Origin: an uncultured Acidobacteriota bacterium
GTDB lineage: Bacteria; Acidobacteriota; Thermoanaerobaculia; Multivoradales; UBA5704
NCBI GenBank assembly: GCA_963770895.1
Contig: CAVYRF010000001.1
Span: forward strand, 832,001-896,000
Direction of reading: 5' to 3'
Length of the DNA stretch: 64,000 nt
The position numbers and the translations under genes are program-made. The stretch's first letter is position 1; every line of letters begins with the position of its first letter. The notes beneath the pieces were generated by a model. The model made no database searches and had not been told where the DNA came from. It saw only the letters and a program-made list of their open reading frames with translations. This document shows, piece after piece, positions 8,878 through 18,046 of the stretch.

Positions 8878-10965
8878 CTATCGTTTGGGCGGCCCGGAGA
8901 TGCCGAGCGAGGCGCGCAGCGCCTGGACGTCCATGATCTTGCCGTCGCGCATCACCAGTTGGACCTGCCGCAGGTCGCCGATGTTGCGCGACGGATCGCC
9001 GTCGATCAGCGCCAGCTCCGCCAGCTTCCCCTTGGCCAGCGAACCCGTCCGATCGGCCAGGTGATACGCGATCGCCGGATTGATCGTCACCGTCGCCAGC
9101 GCGTCGGCCGGCGACAGCCCCGCCTGGACGTACAGCTCCAGCTCGCGGATCAGGTCGAAGCCCACTCCGTCCGTGCCGCCCAGGATGGCGATATGTCGCT
9201 TGTTGAGCTCGGCGACCAGCGCCTTCAGCTGGTCGAAGCTGGCGCGCATCTGGGTGCGGGACAGCTCGGGCGTCGGCGCCAGCGCACCCGACAGGAAGCC
9301 GCGCGCGAACTGCGCCGGCAGCGTTTCGACGTAGGGCAGCTCGGCCGGTGGATAGGTGCCGGGCTCGGGCACGTAGAGCGCCTCGAAGACGACCAGCGTC
9401 GGATCCACCGCGACGTGGCGGCGCGCCAGCTCGTCCAGGTAGGCCGTCATCGCCGTGGAGTGCAGGTCGACGCCGGCGGCGAATTTGCCGGTGCCGACAA
9501 AGCGGTTCATGCCGTTCGAGCTGGCCACCACGTCGTCCGGCATCCCCTGCATCATCACGAAGTTGATGTGGGTGATCTCGTCGTAGCCCGCGCGCACCGC
9601 GTCCAGCGGCCGCATGCCGTGGGGGATATGGCCGTGCACGCGCAGGCCCAGCTGGTGCGCCAGGTCGGCCATCGGCTTCACCCAGGAGGGATCGAGCGAG
9701 CCGTACAGCTTGATCGCAAAATAGCCTTCCTGCTTGGCGCGACGCACGTCGGCAAGCGCTTCATCCAGCGAGTGCGCCACGACCCCCACCTGCGCCGCCA
9801 GCGGCCCCGGTCCGTCGATCAGCAAGGACGGCACGATGCGCGGACCCAAGAGCTCGCCGGCCTCGATGCGCTTCCGGCGCGCCGTCGACTCGGCGAGCTG
9901 GTTGCCGGGATCGCGCACGCTGGTGATGCCGGTCGCCAGCAGCAGCGGCCCGGTGGAATCGTCGCCGTAATGCTGATGGTTGTCCCACATCCCGGGGACC
10001 AGCGTCTTGCCCGTCCCGTCGATCACCTGCGCGTTCGCCGGCGCCTTCACCGTCGCCGCCGGGCCCACCTGGGCGATGCGGCCGTGTTCCACCACCACCG
10101 TCATGGCGTCGGCGAAGGCCCGCGCATCGGCGTCGTACAGCTTGACGTTGCGGAACACCACGGCTCCGGCGGGAGCCTTGGCGGCCCTGGCGGCCAGCGC
10201 CGGCGCCAGCTTGGCCAGCGCCTCGTCCTGGGCGTTGCTCAGCGCCAGCGCGGTCTTCTCCCAGCCCGCGGGCAGGACGGTGGGCGCCGTGCCGAAGAAC
10301 TGGTCGCCGTCCATCCACACCGCGAACGGCGACAGCCCGAAGCCGTTGATGGCGTAGGCGGTCAGCGACTTTTTCTCGCTGCCGTTGGACACCGTGAGGG
10401 TGGTCAGCGGCGCGATCGTTCCCTGGCCGGAAGGGAGCAGGTCGACGGCATGGGTCGGCGACTTGAGCAGCGCGTCGATGATAAAGATAAACGAGTCAAA
10501 CGTGCCGCCAAAGGCAACGTATTCGAGATTGGGCCTGCTCTTGCCGGAGCCGTGATCGACCTGGCTGGTCCAGGTATAGGTGCCGTCCTTGACCTGGTAG
10601 CTTTCGGCCGCATCGCCCTGCGGCGTCGTGCCGCGAACGACCATCGATTCGAGCGACCCGTCGGCCGCGAAGCGGTTCTGCTCATCGACCTCGCTGACAA
10701 AGCCCCGCAGGTTCAGGCTGAAGCGCGACCAATGGGTGCCGCCCGCATCCGTCCACAGCGAGATCTGGCCATGGCGCTCGGTGCCGCCGTTGGTGGTGAT
10801 CGTCCACACCTTGGCATCGGCGGGCGGCTGTGCCAGCTGGTCGACCGGTGTCTGTGCCAAAGCGGGCGTGGCGATGAGCGCGGCGATTGGAGCCAGCGAA
10901 GCCAGCGGAGCCAGCGCGGCGATCGCCGCGATCGCCGCCAGGAAAGCGCGAAGTCTGCGGAGCAT
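8878..10965 (-). CDS. Secreted amidohydrolase-family protein
   Basis: Signal peptide; IDGTGKTLVPGMWDNHQH metal motif, IKLY, HGH, GGTDG and GSLAKGKLAEL. Confidence 0.9.
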   Translation of the reverse strand: MLRRLRAFLAAIAAIAALAPLASLAPIAALIATPALAQTPVDQLAQPPADAKVWTITTNGGTERHGQISLWTDAGGTHWSRFSLNLRGFVSEVDEQNRFAADGSLESMVVRGTTPQGDAAESYQVKDGTYTWTSQVDHGSGKSRPNLEYVAFGGTFDSFIFIIDALLKSPTHAVDLLPSGQGTIAPLTTLTVSNGSEKKSLTAYAINGFGLSPFAVWMDGDQFFGTAPTVLPAGWEKTALALSNAQDEALAKLAPALAARAAKAPAGAVVFRNVKLYDADARAFADAMTVVVEHGRIAQVGPAATVKAPANAQVIDGTGKTLVPGMWDNHQHYGDDSTGPLLLATGITSVRDPGNQLAESTARRKRIEAGELLGPRIVPSLLIDGPGPLAAQVGVVAHSLDEALADVRRAKQEGYFAIKLYGSLDPSWVKPMADLAHQLGLRVHGHIPHGMRPLDAVRAGYDEITHINFVMMQGMPDDVVASSNGMNRFVGTGKFAAGVDLHSTAMTAYLDELARRHVAVDPTLVVFEALYVPEPGTYPPAELPYVETLPAQFARGFLSGALAPTPELSRTQMRASFDQLKALVAELNKRHIAILGGTDGVGFDLIRELELYVQAGLSPADALATVTINPAIAYHLADRTGSLAKGKLAELALIDGDPSRNIGDLRQVQLVMRDGKIMDVQALRASLGISGPPKR

Positions 10966-11010
10966 GGTCTGTTCCCTCTCGGTAAGCCGCCTGGAGCGGA
11001 CCGTCGGTCA

Positions 11011-11033
11011 AGGCGGCGGGTGGCCCGCCGCCT
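11011..11033. terminator. GC hairpin between the lipase and amidohydrolase genes
   Basis: aggcggcggg-tgg-cccgccgcct forms a 10-bp stem with only a weak U-tract. Confidence 0.4.
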
Positions 11034-11046
11034 CTGCTCTGTGCCA

Positions 11047-11073
11047 TACGCAGCCGAGGTGCGCACTGTTTCA
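11047..11073 (-). promoter_or_regulatory. Putative ECF-sigma (SigW-type) promoter of the amidohydrolase
   Basis: Minus strand TGAAAC-N17-CGTA, about 80 nt upstream of the ATG at 10965. Confidence 0.5.
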
Positions 11074-11146
11074 GGGCCACGTCCTTACCGACAGGGCCAG
11101 GCCGGGCGTGCCGGCGTGGGGCGCTCGGCCGTGCGGCGACCGGCGG

Positions 11147-12169
11147 CTACCGGGGACACTCCTGGACCCAGAACCGATCTTCCAGGTCCAGCAGCTCGAA
11201 ATAGGCCCGCACGTGTTGATAGCCCAGTTGGGCGAAGAACCTGTCCAGCGTCGTGGCATTCGGCGGCAGGTCCAGGTCGGGCTTTGGCGGTCGCCGGGGA
11301 AGCGCCTGGCCGGTTTCGATCTGGGAATAGGGTCCGCCTGTTTGCGACAAAACCTTACGGATATTTACATACGTGTCCACGGCGCCGTCCGCTGTGATCA
11401 GCGGCTCATAAAGCTTCCGAATCGACTCCAGGTCGGCAAGGTTCCAATGCAGCGGCACGACGTCCAAGGGGTTGTACAGGCGCGTGATCTGCGATCCGAT
11501 CTGACTGTTGGAGTAGGCGGCAAAGTCCGGGTTGCCGACCGTGGGGCCGGCGATCGCCAGCACGGACAGGGAGGCCTGGCGTCGCGGATCCCACTCCGCT
11601 CGAGTATCCTCCAGCCAAAGGGCCAGCGTGGCCGCCAGAGCCCCACCCAGGCTGTGGCCGCACACATGGACGGTGATCGACCTGATGGCCGCCTCCGCTT
11701 GCAGTTTGGCTCGCAGCGTCCCCTCGACAAGTCCAGTCACACCGGCCGGCACCAAGGTCTGCAGCGCCGTGAGCGCGTGCCGCGTTCCCTTCGCGATCTT
11801 GCGGCTGTCCGAGGGGGAGTCGCTCCAGGGAACCTGCGTGCCGACGTCCGCATCCTCCAGGATATTCTCGCCGGACCCGAAGTTCGTGCCGGCGATCGCG
11901 ATCACGAACTGGCTGCCGCGCTGGGCCACGAACATCACGTGGTCGGGAACGTGTACAAACGGCTTCTGGTCGATGGCCGGACCCCAGGTTATGGACCACC
12001 GTCCGAACTCGCCGTCCTCCGCGCTCAGCCGCGCCAACCGCGCCTCGATCTCATCCTTCAATTTCTTTTCGGCGAAGAGTCCGATCTGGCCCGCGAAGCA
12101 GGCGCCAAGATTGGGCAGCATGGCCAACGTAAAGAGAGTCTGCAGCTCTTTGTCCGTCGGGTCTGGCAC
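11147..12169 (-). CDS. Class 3 lipase (alpha/beta hydrolase)
   Basis: VIAIAGT, VCGHSLGGALA nucleophile motif, AGPTVGN, NPLDVVP and YQH. GTG start at 12169 with AAGGAG 8 nt upstream. Confidence 0.88.
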   Translation of the reverse strand: MPDPTDKELQTLFTLAMLPNLGACFAGQIGLFAEKKLKDEIEARLARLSAEDGEFGRWSITWGPAIDQKPFVHVPDHVMFVAQRGSQFVIAIAGTNFGSGENILEDADVGTQVPWSDSPSDSRKIAKGTRHALTALQTLVPAGVTGLVEGTLRAKLQAEAAIRSITVHVCGHSLGGALAATLALWLEDTRAEWDPRRQASLSVLAIAGPTVGNPDFAAYSNSQIGSQITRLYNPLDVVPLHWNLADLESIRKLYEPLITADGAVDTYVNIRKVLSQTGGPYSQIETGQALPRRPPKPDLDLPPNATTLDRFFAQLGYQHVRAYFELLDLEDRFWVQECPR

Positions 12170-12329
12170 GATTCGATCTCCTTGCTCGGTCGGCGTCGTC
12201 CACAAAGTTAGTTGAAAAACATTTAATATCGCTGATGCTAACCATCGGTGCCGACGCACGCAAGCCTATGCATCCATTGACATATCGCCGTGCCGGGACA
12301 ATGACCGCCGCGGTCACCGCGCCCGGCGC

Positions 12330-12358
12330 TTGACAGCAGCTCCGAGCGCGCTCATTCT
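12330..12358 (+). promoter_or_regulatory. Putative sigma-70 promoter
   Basis: TTGACA-N17-CATTCT, followed by AAGGAGG and the ATG at 12381. Confidence 0.55.
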
Positions 12359-12380
12359 TGCTCAACTCAAGGAGGACGCG

Positions 12381-12725
12381 ATGACTTTCAGAGTGCAAGT
12401 CCTGCTGGCCCTGACGATCCTTCTGCTCTCCGCCTGCCTGGCCCTTGCCGCCGCCGACGCTCCGGCCGGCCGGCAAGCCCCTGCCGCCGCCGTCGTGCAA
12501 CCGTTTGCGGCGCCTGCGACCGCGGCTCCGGTCTGCCCGCTGGCGGCCCTCCCGACGTTCCTGTCCCAGCGGCAGCCCGCTGCGGTCGGAGTGTGCGGGG
12601 GGTGCAGCGACAGCGCGTGCGCCGGCAAGGAGGAGCACTCCGTATGCGGCTCGGGTCTGCGCTGCATCCCGCAGGGCACGTGCGGCGCCTCCACCGTGGC
12701 GCTCTGCAACTGCCTGATCATCTAG
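12381..12725 (+). CDS. Small secreted protein with an 8-Cys C-terminal domain
   Basis: Strong RBS, signal peptide, Pro/Ala pro-region, then CGGCSDSAC...C...C...C...CNC. Confidence 0.75.
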   Translation: MTFRVQVLLALTILLLSACLALAAADAPAGRQAPAAAVVQPFAAPATAAPVCPLAALPTFLSQRQPAAVGVCGGCSDSACAGKEEHSVCGSGLRCIPQGTCGASTVALCNCLII

Positions 12726-12769
12726 TGGCCACAGCATCAAAAAGGTTTCCGTAGGTCGTACGCAAGGCT

Positions 12770-12809
12770 GCCGGATTGGAGTGGCGCGGCGCGGCCACTC
12801 CAATCCGGC
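12770..12809. terminator. Perfect 16-bp inverted repeat (hairpin)
   Basis: gccggattggagtggc-N8-gccactccaatccggc, downstream of the Cys-rich gene. Confidence 0.55.
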
Positions 12810-13026
12810 CCGGGCGGCAAGCGCGGGTACGCCGGCGGTGCCTGATCCGGACAGCCGGCCGGCCGGATCGCCAGACCGGGCGGGCGCCGCTTCAGCTGCT
12901 GCGGAACCACCGTTGTCCACGGTTTGCTCACCGAAGGCACCTCGCAATGCAGAGTCGAATTGTAACTTGCGTCCGCGGCCGAGCCTCATGTCGAGGCTGC
13001 CAGCCCGACGCCTGAAAGGAGCTGCC

Positions 13027-13236
13027 ATGAAGCGCCACAAGGTCACGAAGCTGCAGCTGAACCGTGAGACCCTGCACCACCTGGGCGATGCCCTCGCGGT
13101 CGTGGCGGGTGGGGCCGTCGTGCCGATCAGCGCCAACGGCACCTGCAGCAACGCGATCTCCATCTGTCTGTCCTGCACCACGCCGCTCGACACCTGTCCG
13201 CCGCAGCCCACGACCCCGGCCACCACCTGCGCGTAG
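13027..13236 (+). CDS. Lanthipeptide-like RiPP precursor, 69 aa
   Basis: AAAGGAG RBS. Leader MKRHKVTKLQLNRETLHHL..VVAGG (LxLx[K/R]x5L type). The 40-aa core has 5 Cys and 12 Ser/Thr. Confidence 0.75.
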   Translation: MKRHKVTKLQLNRETLHHLGDALAVVAGGAVVPISANGTCSNAISICLSCTTPLDTCPPQPTTPATTCA

Positions 13237-13398
13237 CGCAGGTCGACAGGTCAGGCCGGCTGCCGCCCAGCATGAGCGCCTTGGGACAGCCGGCTCCTCG
13301 CTCTGGCCGCACGTGGGTTCACGACCGATGACGGCGCTGCCCCCGCCCAGGCAGGAGTAGCCCTGCTCCCGATCGCCATGCTGCGGCCGGCGCCGGCT

Positions 13399-16131
13399 TC
13401 AGCGCCGCCGGTGCCGCGGGTGGCGCCGCAGACGGACCAGCGCGAGCGACGACAGCAGGATGGCCAGCAGCGCCAGCGCGGCGGCGGAGAGGGCCGGCAC
13501 CTCGGGATAAAACGATGCATGGAAGGTGGCGCACGCCGTGGCGGAATTGTTGAACGGATCGGGATCCACGCCCGGTGCAGGCGAAACCTGCGCGGTGTTG
13601 CAGACGCTGCCGCTGAAGGCGGCGGAAACCGTGGCGGTCGCCAGGTAGGTCGCGCTCGTCTGGGGCGCCAGGCTGACCAGATCGGCAAGGTCTCCGGTCG
13701 TCGCGGGTGTGCAGCCCGCGCCGCGGCACCATAGCCATGCGATGCCGGCAGGGAAGGTGTCGGAGACCGGGACATTGGCGGGGCAGCTGGGGCCCAGGTT
13801 GGTGGCGAGCACGGTATAGACCAGGGTGTGGGGGTCGGCCTTGTGCTGGGCGGCCGGCGTCACGACGACGGTCTTGGTGATCCGGTAGTCGGCCTGCACC
13901 TCGATCTGGGTTGCGCGGCCCGAGCTGTTGTTGCCGGCCACGGGATCGCAGGTCGGGCTCTGGACGCTGCCGGCGCTCGCCGTCGGGCCTGCGGCGAAGC
14001 CGCAGGGCACCGCGGCTGAAAGTGCCACCAGGGAGCTTGCGCCGGCGGCGAGCCGGCCCAGGTGGCAGCGCAACGTCGTGCCGGTCGTGGTGCAGGAAGT
14101 GGGAACGGCGACCGCGGACAATCCCGGCGGCAACGCCGCGGACAGTTCGACGTCCGCGGCGGCGCAGGGGCCGCGATTGATCACCCGCATTGGATAGAGG
14201 ATCGTCGTGCCCGCCGCCGCGGCAGCGGGCGCCAGATCGCGCGTCTCCAGATCAGCGCAGCTGGGAGCCACCGGCACACTGCTGCCGGCACAGCGGGAGA
14301 CGCCGTCGGGGCCGGCGGCGCAAGCGGTGTTGGAGATCGCCTGGGCGCCGCACGGGACGGTCCCGCTCACCTGATAGGTCGCCGCGCCCCCTGGGGGGAC
14401 GCTCGTCACGTCGTCGATCTGTGCCGCAGCCAGGAGACCTGTGCAGCCCGCGCCGCGGCACCAGGCGGTGGCGGTCAGGCCGCCCGCCGTCAGAGCGTCC
14501 GTGAGCTTGACCGAGACGCCGGTCAGGGCATGGTTGGTGACCACGATGGTGAAGCCGAGAGAGCCGGCGGGTTGGGCGATCGCCGTGTCGGCCGTCTTCG
14601 CGACCTCAACCGCACAGCTCGCGATCGGTGCGTCGGCCGCGGCCTGATTGTTCGCCAGCTGCGGATCGGTGACGCCTGCCGGGGGAGCAACGGAGACGCT
14701 GTCGTGAAGCACCCCGGTCGCCGCCGGGTCGAGCCGTGCGCTCACCCGGTAGGTGACGCTGCCGCCGACGGGGAGATCCACCTGGTCCGTGATGTGATCG
14801 GTGACGCCGGCGCTCGCCGGCGTGCAGCGAGCGCCGTGGGAAGGCGTGCAGGTCCAGGTCAGGTCCTGGAGAGACGGCGCGAAGGCGTCCGTGACCACCG
14901 CGCCGCTGGCCGGCCCCGGGCCGCTGTTGGTCACGGTAATGCTGTAGCGCACCAACGCGCAGGCGCTGGCTTCCGGCGAGGCCTGGACGATCCGCGCCGC
15001 CAGGTTCGCGGTCTGCGGCGGGGCAGGCGTGTAGCGCTGGTTGACCGCCAGCGCCTGGCAGTGGCATTGGATCGCGCCGCCGAGCACGTACACGGTCGGA
15101 TCCTGCGTACTGATCGTGTCCACCAACGCGGCCGGCGCCTGGTCGCGCGGCGTCGGCATCGGTGCGAGCGAGGTCCAGGTGTTCAGGCTGGGCGTATAGG
15201 CGAACGTCGGGCCTTGCGCACCGGCTCCCGGAATGAATCCGCCAAAGGCGTAGACCTGGCCGTTGGCGCTGCCGGCGGCGGCGGACAGCTGCAGTGCGAT
15301 CGGCAGCGGCGCCACGGCGGCCCAGGTGTCGGCCACGGGGTCGTAGACTTCGACGACGGCGGTCTGCGAGTTGCCGCAGCAGTCCGGCGAACCTCCCATG
15401 GCGTAGATCTTCCCGCCCACCGCGGCGGCGGCAAGGTAGACCCGCGCGGTCGGCATCGGCGCCCGCGGCGTCCAGGTATCCGTGGCGGGGTCGTACATCT
15501 CGACGGCGTTGCTGGGTCCGCTGCCGCCGATGGCGTAGATCTTCTGGTTCAGGGCGACCGCCGCCAGGCCGTAGCGCGGTGTCGGCATGGGCTGGCGCAA
15601 GCTCCAGACGTCGGTCAGCGGGTCGTACTGCTGCACGACGTTGCCGCTCAAGACGCCGCCCAGGGTGTAGATCATGCCGTTGCCCGGCGCCACCGCGGCG
15701 GCGCCGAACAGGATGACGGGCATCGGCTGCCGCGCGCTCCAGCTGTTCGCCACCGGGTCGTAGACCTCGACGCGCGTCGGTTCGAAGGTGGACGTCTGCA
15801 AGGGCGGCTCGAAACAGGCGGAGCCGCAGCCTCCCAGGGTGTAGATCTTGCCCCCTTCGGCGGCGGCGGCAAGCAGGCGGCGCGGCGTCGGCATCGGGCA
15901 CTCCGCCTGCCAGGCGCCCGGCACCGGAGTCGCCGGCGCGCCGCAGAGCGCGGCCGAGCCGGTCGCCGCCGCGGCAGCGTGGGCTGGAGCGGCAGATGCA
16001 GCGTCCAACGCCGCCGGAGCGCCGCCGAACGCCGCCAGCTGGAACAGCACGACCAGCGGCGCCGCGAGCCGCGCGGTGGCGCTCTTCGCCGCGCATCGTG
16101 CTCTGGCGTGGCTCCGCAACGGCACTCTCAT
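13399..16131 (-). CDS. Kelch-repeat plus DUF11 surface protein with an IPTL-CTERM-like tail
   Basis: Kelch repeats (IYAIGG...VEMYDPATDTW..APMPTAR) and DUF11 domains. C-terminus VPALSAAALALLAILLSSLALVRLRR. Start uncertain (16131 or 16206). Confidence 0.88.
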   Translation of the reverse strand: MRVPLRSHARARCAAKSATARLAAPLVVLFQLAAFGGAPAALDAASAAPAHAAAAATGSAALCGAPATPVPGAWQAECPMPTPRRLLAAAAEGGKIYTLGGCGSACFEPPLQTSTFEPTRVEVYDPVANSWSARQPMPVILFGAAAVAPGNGMIYTLGGVLSGNVVQQYDPLTDVWSLRQPMPTPRYGLAAVALNQKIYAIGGSGPSNAVEMYDPATDTWTPRAPMPTARVYLAAAAVGGKIYAMGGSPDCCGNSQTAVVEVYDPVADTWAAVAPLPIALQLSAAAGSANGQVYAFGGFIPGAGAQGPTFAYTPSLNTWTSLAPMPTPRDQAPAALVDTISTQDPTVYVLGGAIQCHCQALAVNQRYTPAPPQTANLAARIVQASPEASACALVRYSITVTNSGPGPASGAVVTDAFAPSLQDLTWTCTPSHGARCTPASAGVTDHITDQVDLPVGGSVTYRVSARLDPAATGVLHDSVSVAPPAGVTDPQLANNQAAADAPIASCAVEVAKTADTAIAQPAGSLGFTIVVTNHALTGVSVKLTDALTAGGLTATAWCRGAGCTGLLAAAQIDDVTSVPPGGAATYQVSGTVPCGAQAISNTACAAGPDGVSRCAGSSVPVAPSCADLETRDLAPAAAAAGTTILYPMRVINRGPCAAADVELSAALPPGLSAVAVPTSCTTTGTTLRCHLGRLAAGASSLVALSAAVPCGFAAGPTASAGSVQSPTCDPVAGNNSSGRATQIEVQADYRITKTVVVTPAAQHKADPHTLVYTVLATNLGPSCPANVPVSDTFPAGIAWLWCRGAGCTPATTGDLADLVSLAPQTSATYLATATVSAAFSGSVCNTAQVSPAPGVDPDPFNNSATACATFHASFYPEVPALSAAALALLAILLSSLALVRLRRHPRHRRR

Positions 16132-16291
16132 GAGCTGACCGCAGGCGTTTGCGTGGGCGTGTTCGCCTCCCAGGGGGCCGCGCCAAGACGGCGCCCGATG
16201 TCGCAATTGTGCTTGAGCTATTGTTTTATTATACCATCAAGGCTCTACCAGCGACGATCGATCTTCTCGGGATCACCAGGGACGGGCTTCA

Positions 16292-18046
16292 ATGAAGTTC
16301 GCCAAGACGACACAGCTTTTCGCGCTGGGCCTGCTGGTGGCGTGGGCGCCGTCGCGCGCCCAGGCTCTGGCTGACGCTGGCGCCGTCCCCCCCTGGGCTG
16401 TGGAGAGCCCGGGCGCGGCGGGCGCCCCGCTTGCCGTCGGCCTCGACTTCGCCACCGCTCGGGACGCCGGCCTGCACATCTCCGCACAGTCGAGCGTCGT
16501 CACGTTGCAGGACCTGGCCACCGGGACCACCCAGACGTACACCGTCCCCGGCGACCCCGCTCTGCTCAATCGCAAGTTTTCGATCCGCATCAGCTCGACG
16601 GGGGAGGGCGCCCAGCTGCCCATCGCCCTGCCCAAAATCCCCCTGGCAGGTGTGGGGATCTACCCCAGCCTGATTCTCCAAGGGGCGTCGAACGATCTGT
16701 CGCTCGGCTTCACCGACCGGCCGGAGCCGGCGGACAGCACCGCGCTCGCTGGACGCGCGGCGGTCTACGGAATCGGCGTGGCGCTGGCGGCGCCGCTATG
16801 CCGCGGTTGCCCCTGGTTCGCCACGGTCGGCTACCGCGTCAGTCTGCTGCCGGGTCTCACCGGCCAGCGCTCTCCCGGCTTCGACGCACCCGGTTTCGCG
16901 GTGCTGCAAAACCGCTCCGAGTTCCGCCTGCGCGCCGACCAGGGGCTGCTGCGCATCGGGCGCGGCCTGCCGGGAGGCCGCGCCGCGGTGTATCTCGGGC
17001 TGCTGCGCGGCCGCGAGCTGGTGACGGACGATGACGTGCTGCAGCTCGGCAGCTCACAGGTCGGCCAGCAGATGCTGATCAGCTCGCGCACGCGCTTCGC
17101 GGCGGAGACGACCGCGGGTCTTGCCGGTGTCGAATCCCGCCTGGTGGGCCCCCTGATGCTGCGCCTCGAAACGGTTTTCGGCAGTGGGCAATCTGGCGCC
17201 GCGCTCAAGCTTGCATGGCTCGACCTGCCGAAACCAGGACACCAGGCGGGCGCGCCGCCGGGCGGCCCGGCAGGTGGCGGCGTGGGTGGTGGTCCGCTGC
17301 CGGGCCGCCAGGACGCGGTGCAGGACAGGATCGCGGTCCGTATCCTGCCGCGGTTGCAGGAGATCCGCGGCGAGCTGGCGCGGCGCCTGGCCCGCCTGCC
17401 GCCCGGCCCGGCCGGGCCCGCGCTCGTAGCGGCCGCGGCGGTGGCTCAGCTGCTTGACGACATCGAGCAGGAACTGCTCCAGACGCTGGCGGCACCGGAG
17501 CTGCTGGCGCTCCGCGGCTCCGTGCAGGATCTGTTCCGGCGCGCCCGCCTGGACCTCAGCCTGGCGTCGTCGGCAAAGATCGGCCCGGCGCCGTCGACTC
17601 CCGTTCCGGCCTCCTACCGCCGGGCGCCGCCGCCGGCCGGCAGAGGCCTGGACGCGCAAAAGACAGCCTTCTGGTTTTGCAAGATCGATGCGCTCGTCGC
17701 GACGATCGAAACCTGGGCGCGGAAGCGCGAGCTCCAGTTCGACCTGGCCGTCGAAAGCGAACCCGATCACGCCCGCTTCTCCATGGTTCCCTACAGCTAC
17801 CGCGGGCACCCTGCCGAGACCTATCGCACGGACGGCGCCCAGACGGTCATCGAAGGTGTCTGGCGGGGCCGCTACGAATACACGGTGGCTCTCGGCAAGG
17901 ATTTCAGTCCAGGCCAAGGCGAGCTGGACCTGGTGCAAGGCTCGCCGCGCCGCCTCCTCTGTCACCTGGCGCCCAGCGCCGCCGCTGACGACACGTCGTC
18001 GTGCGATCCGCGAGGGCGGGAGACGGAAGAGGAGTGCAAGCGATGA
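16292..18046 (+). CDS. Exported hypothetical protein: possible beta-barrel-like N-half, helical region and PEGA-like C-terminal domain
   Basis: Signal peptide ending AQALA, amphipathic beta-strand pattern and Pro/Gly linker. ATGA overlap with the next gene. Confidence 0.65.
   Translation: MKFAKTTQLFALGLLVAWAPSRAQALADAGAVPPWAVESPGAAGAPLAVGLDFATARDAGLHISAQSSVVTLQDLATGTTQTYTVPGDPALLNRKFSIRISSTGEGAQLPIALPKIPLAGVGIYPSLILQGASNDLSLGFTDRPEPADSTALAGRAAVYGIGVALAAPLCRGCPWFATVGYRVSLLPGLTGQRSPGFDAPGFAVLQNRSEFRLRADQGLLRIGRGLPGGRAAVYLGLLRGRELVTDDDVLQLGSSQVGQQMLISSRTRFAAETTAGLAGVESRLVGPLMLRLETVFGSGQSGAALKLAWLDLPKPGHQAGAPPGGPAGGGVGGGPLPGRQDAVQDRIAVRILPRLQEIRGELARRLARLPPGPAGPALVAAAAVAQLLDDIEQELLQTLAAPELLALRGSVQDLFRRARLDLSLASSAKIGPAPSTPVPASYRRAPPPAGRGLDAQKTAFWFCKIDALVATIETWARKRELQFDLAVESEPDHARFSMVPYSYRGHPAETYRTDGAQTVIEGVWRGRYEYTVALGKDFSPGQGELDLVQGSPRRLLCHLAPSAAADDTSSCDPRGRETEEECKR

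Noticed and set aside
10875-10945. 9-bp periodic repeats in the amidohydrolase signal peptide, and similar ones at 42440-42520
   Set aside because: Low-complexity slippage repeats with no evidence of function.
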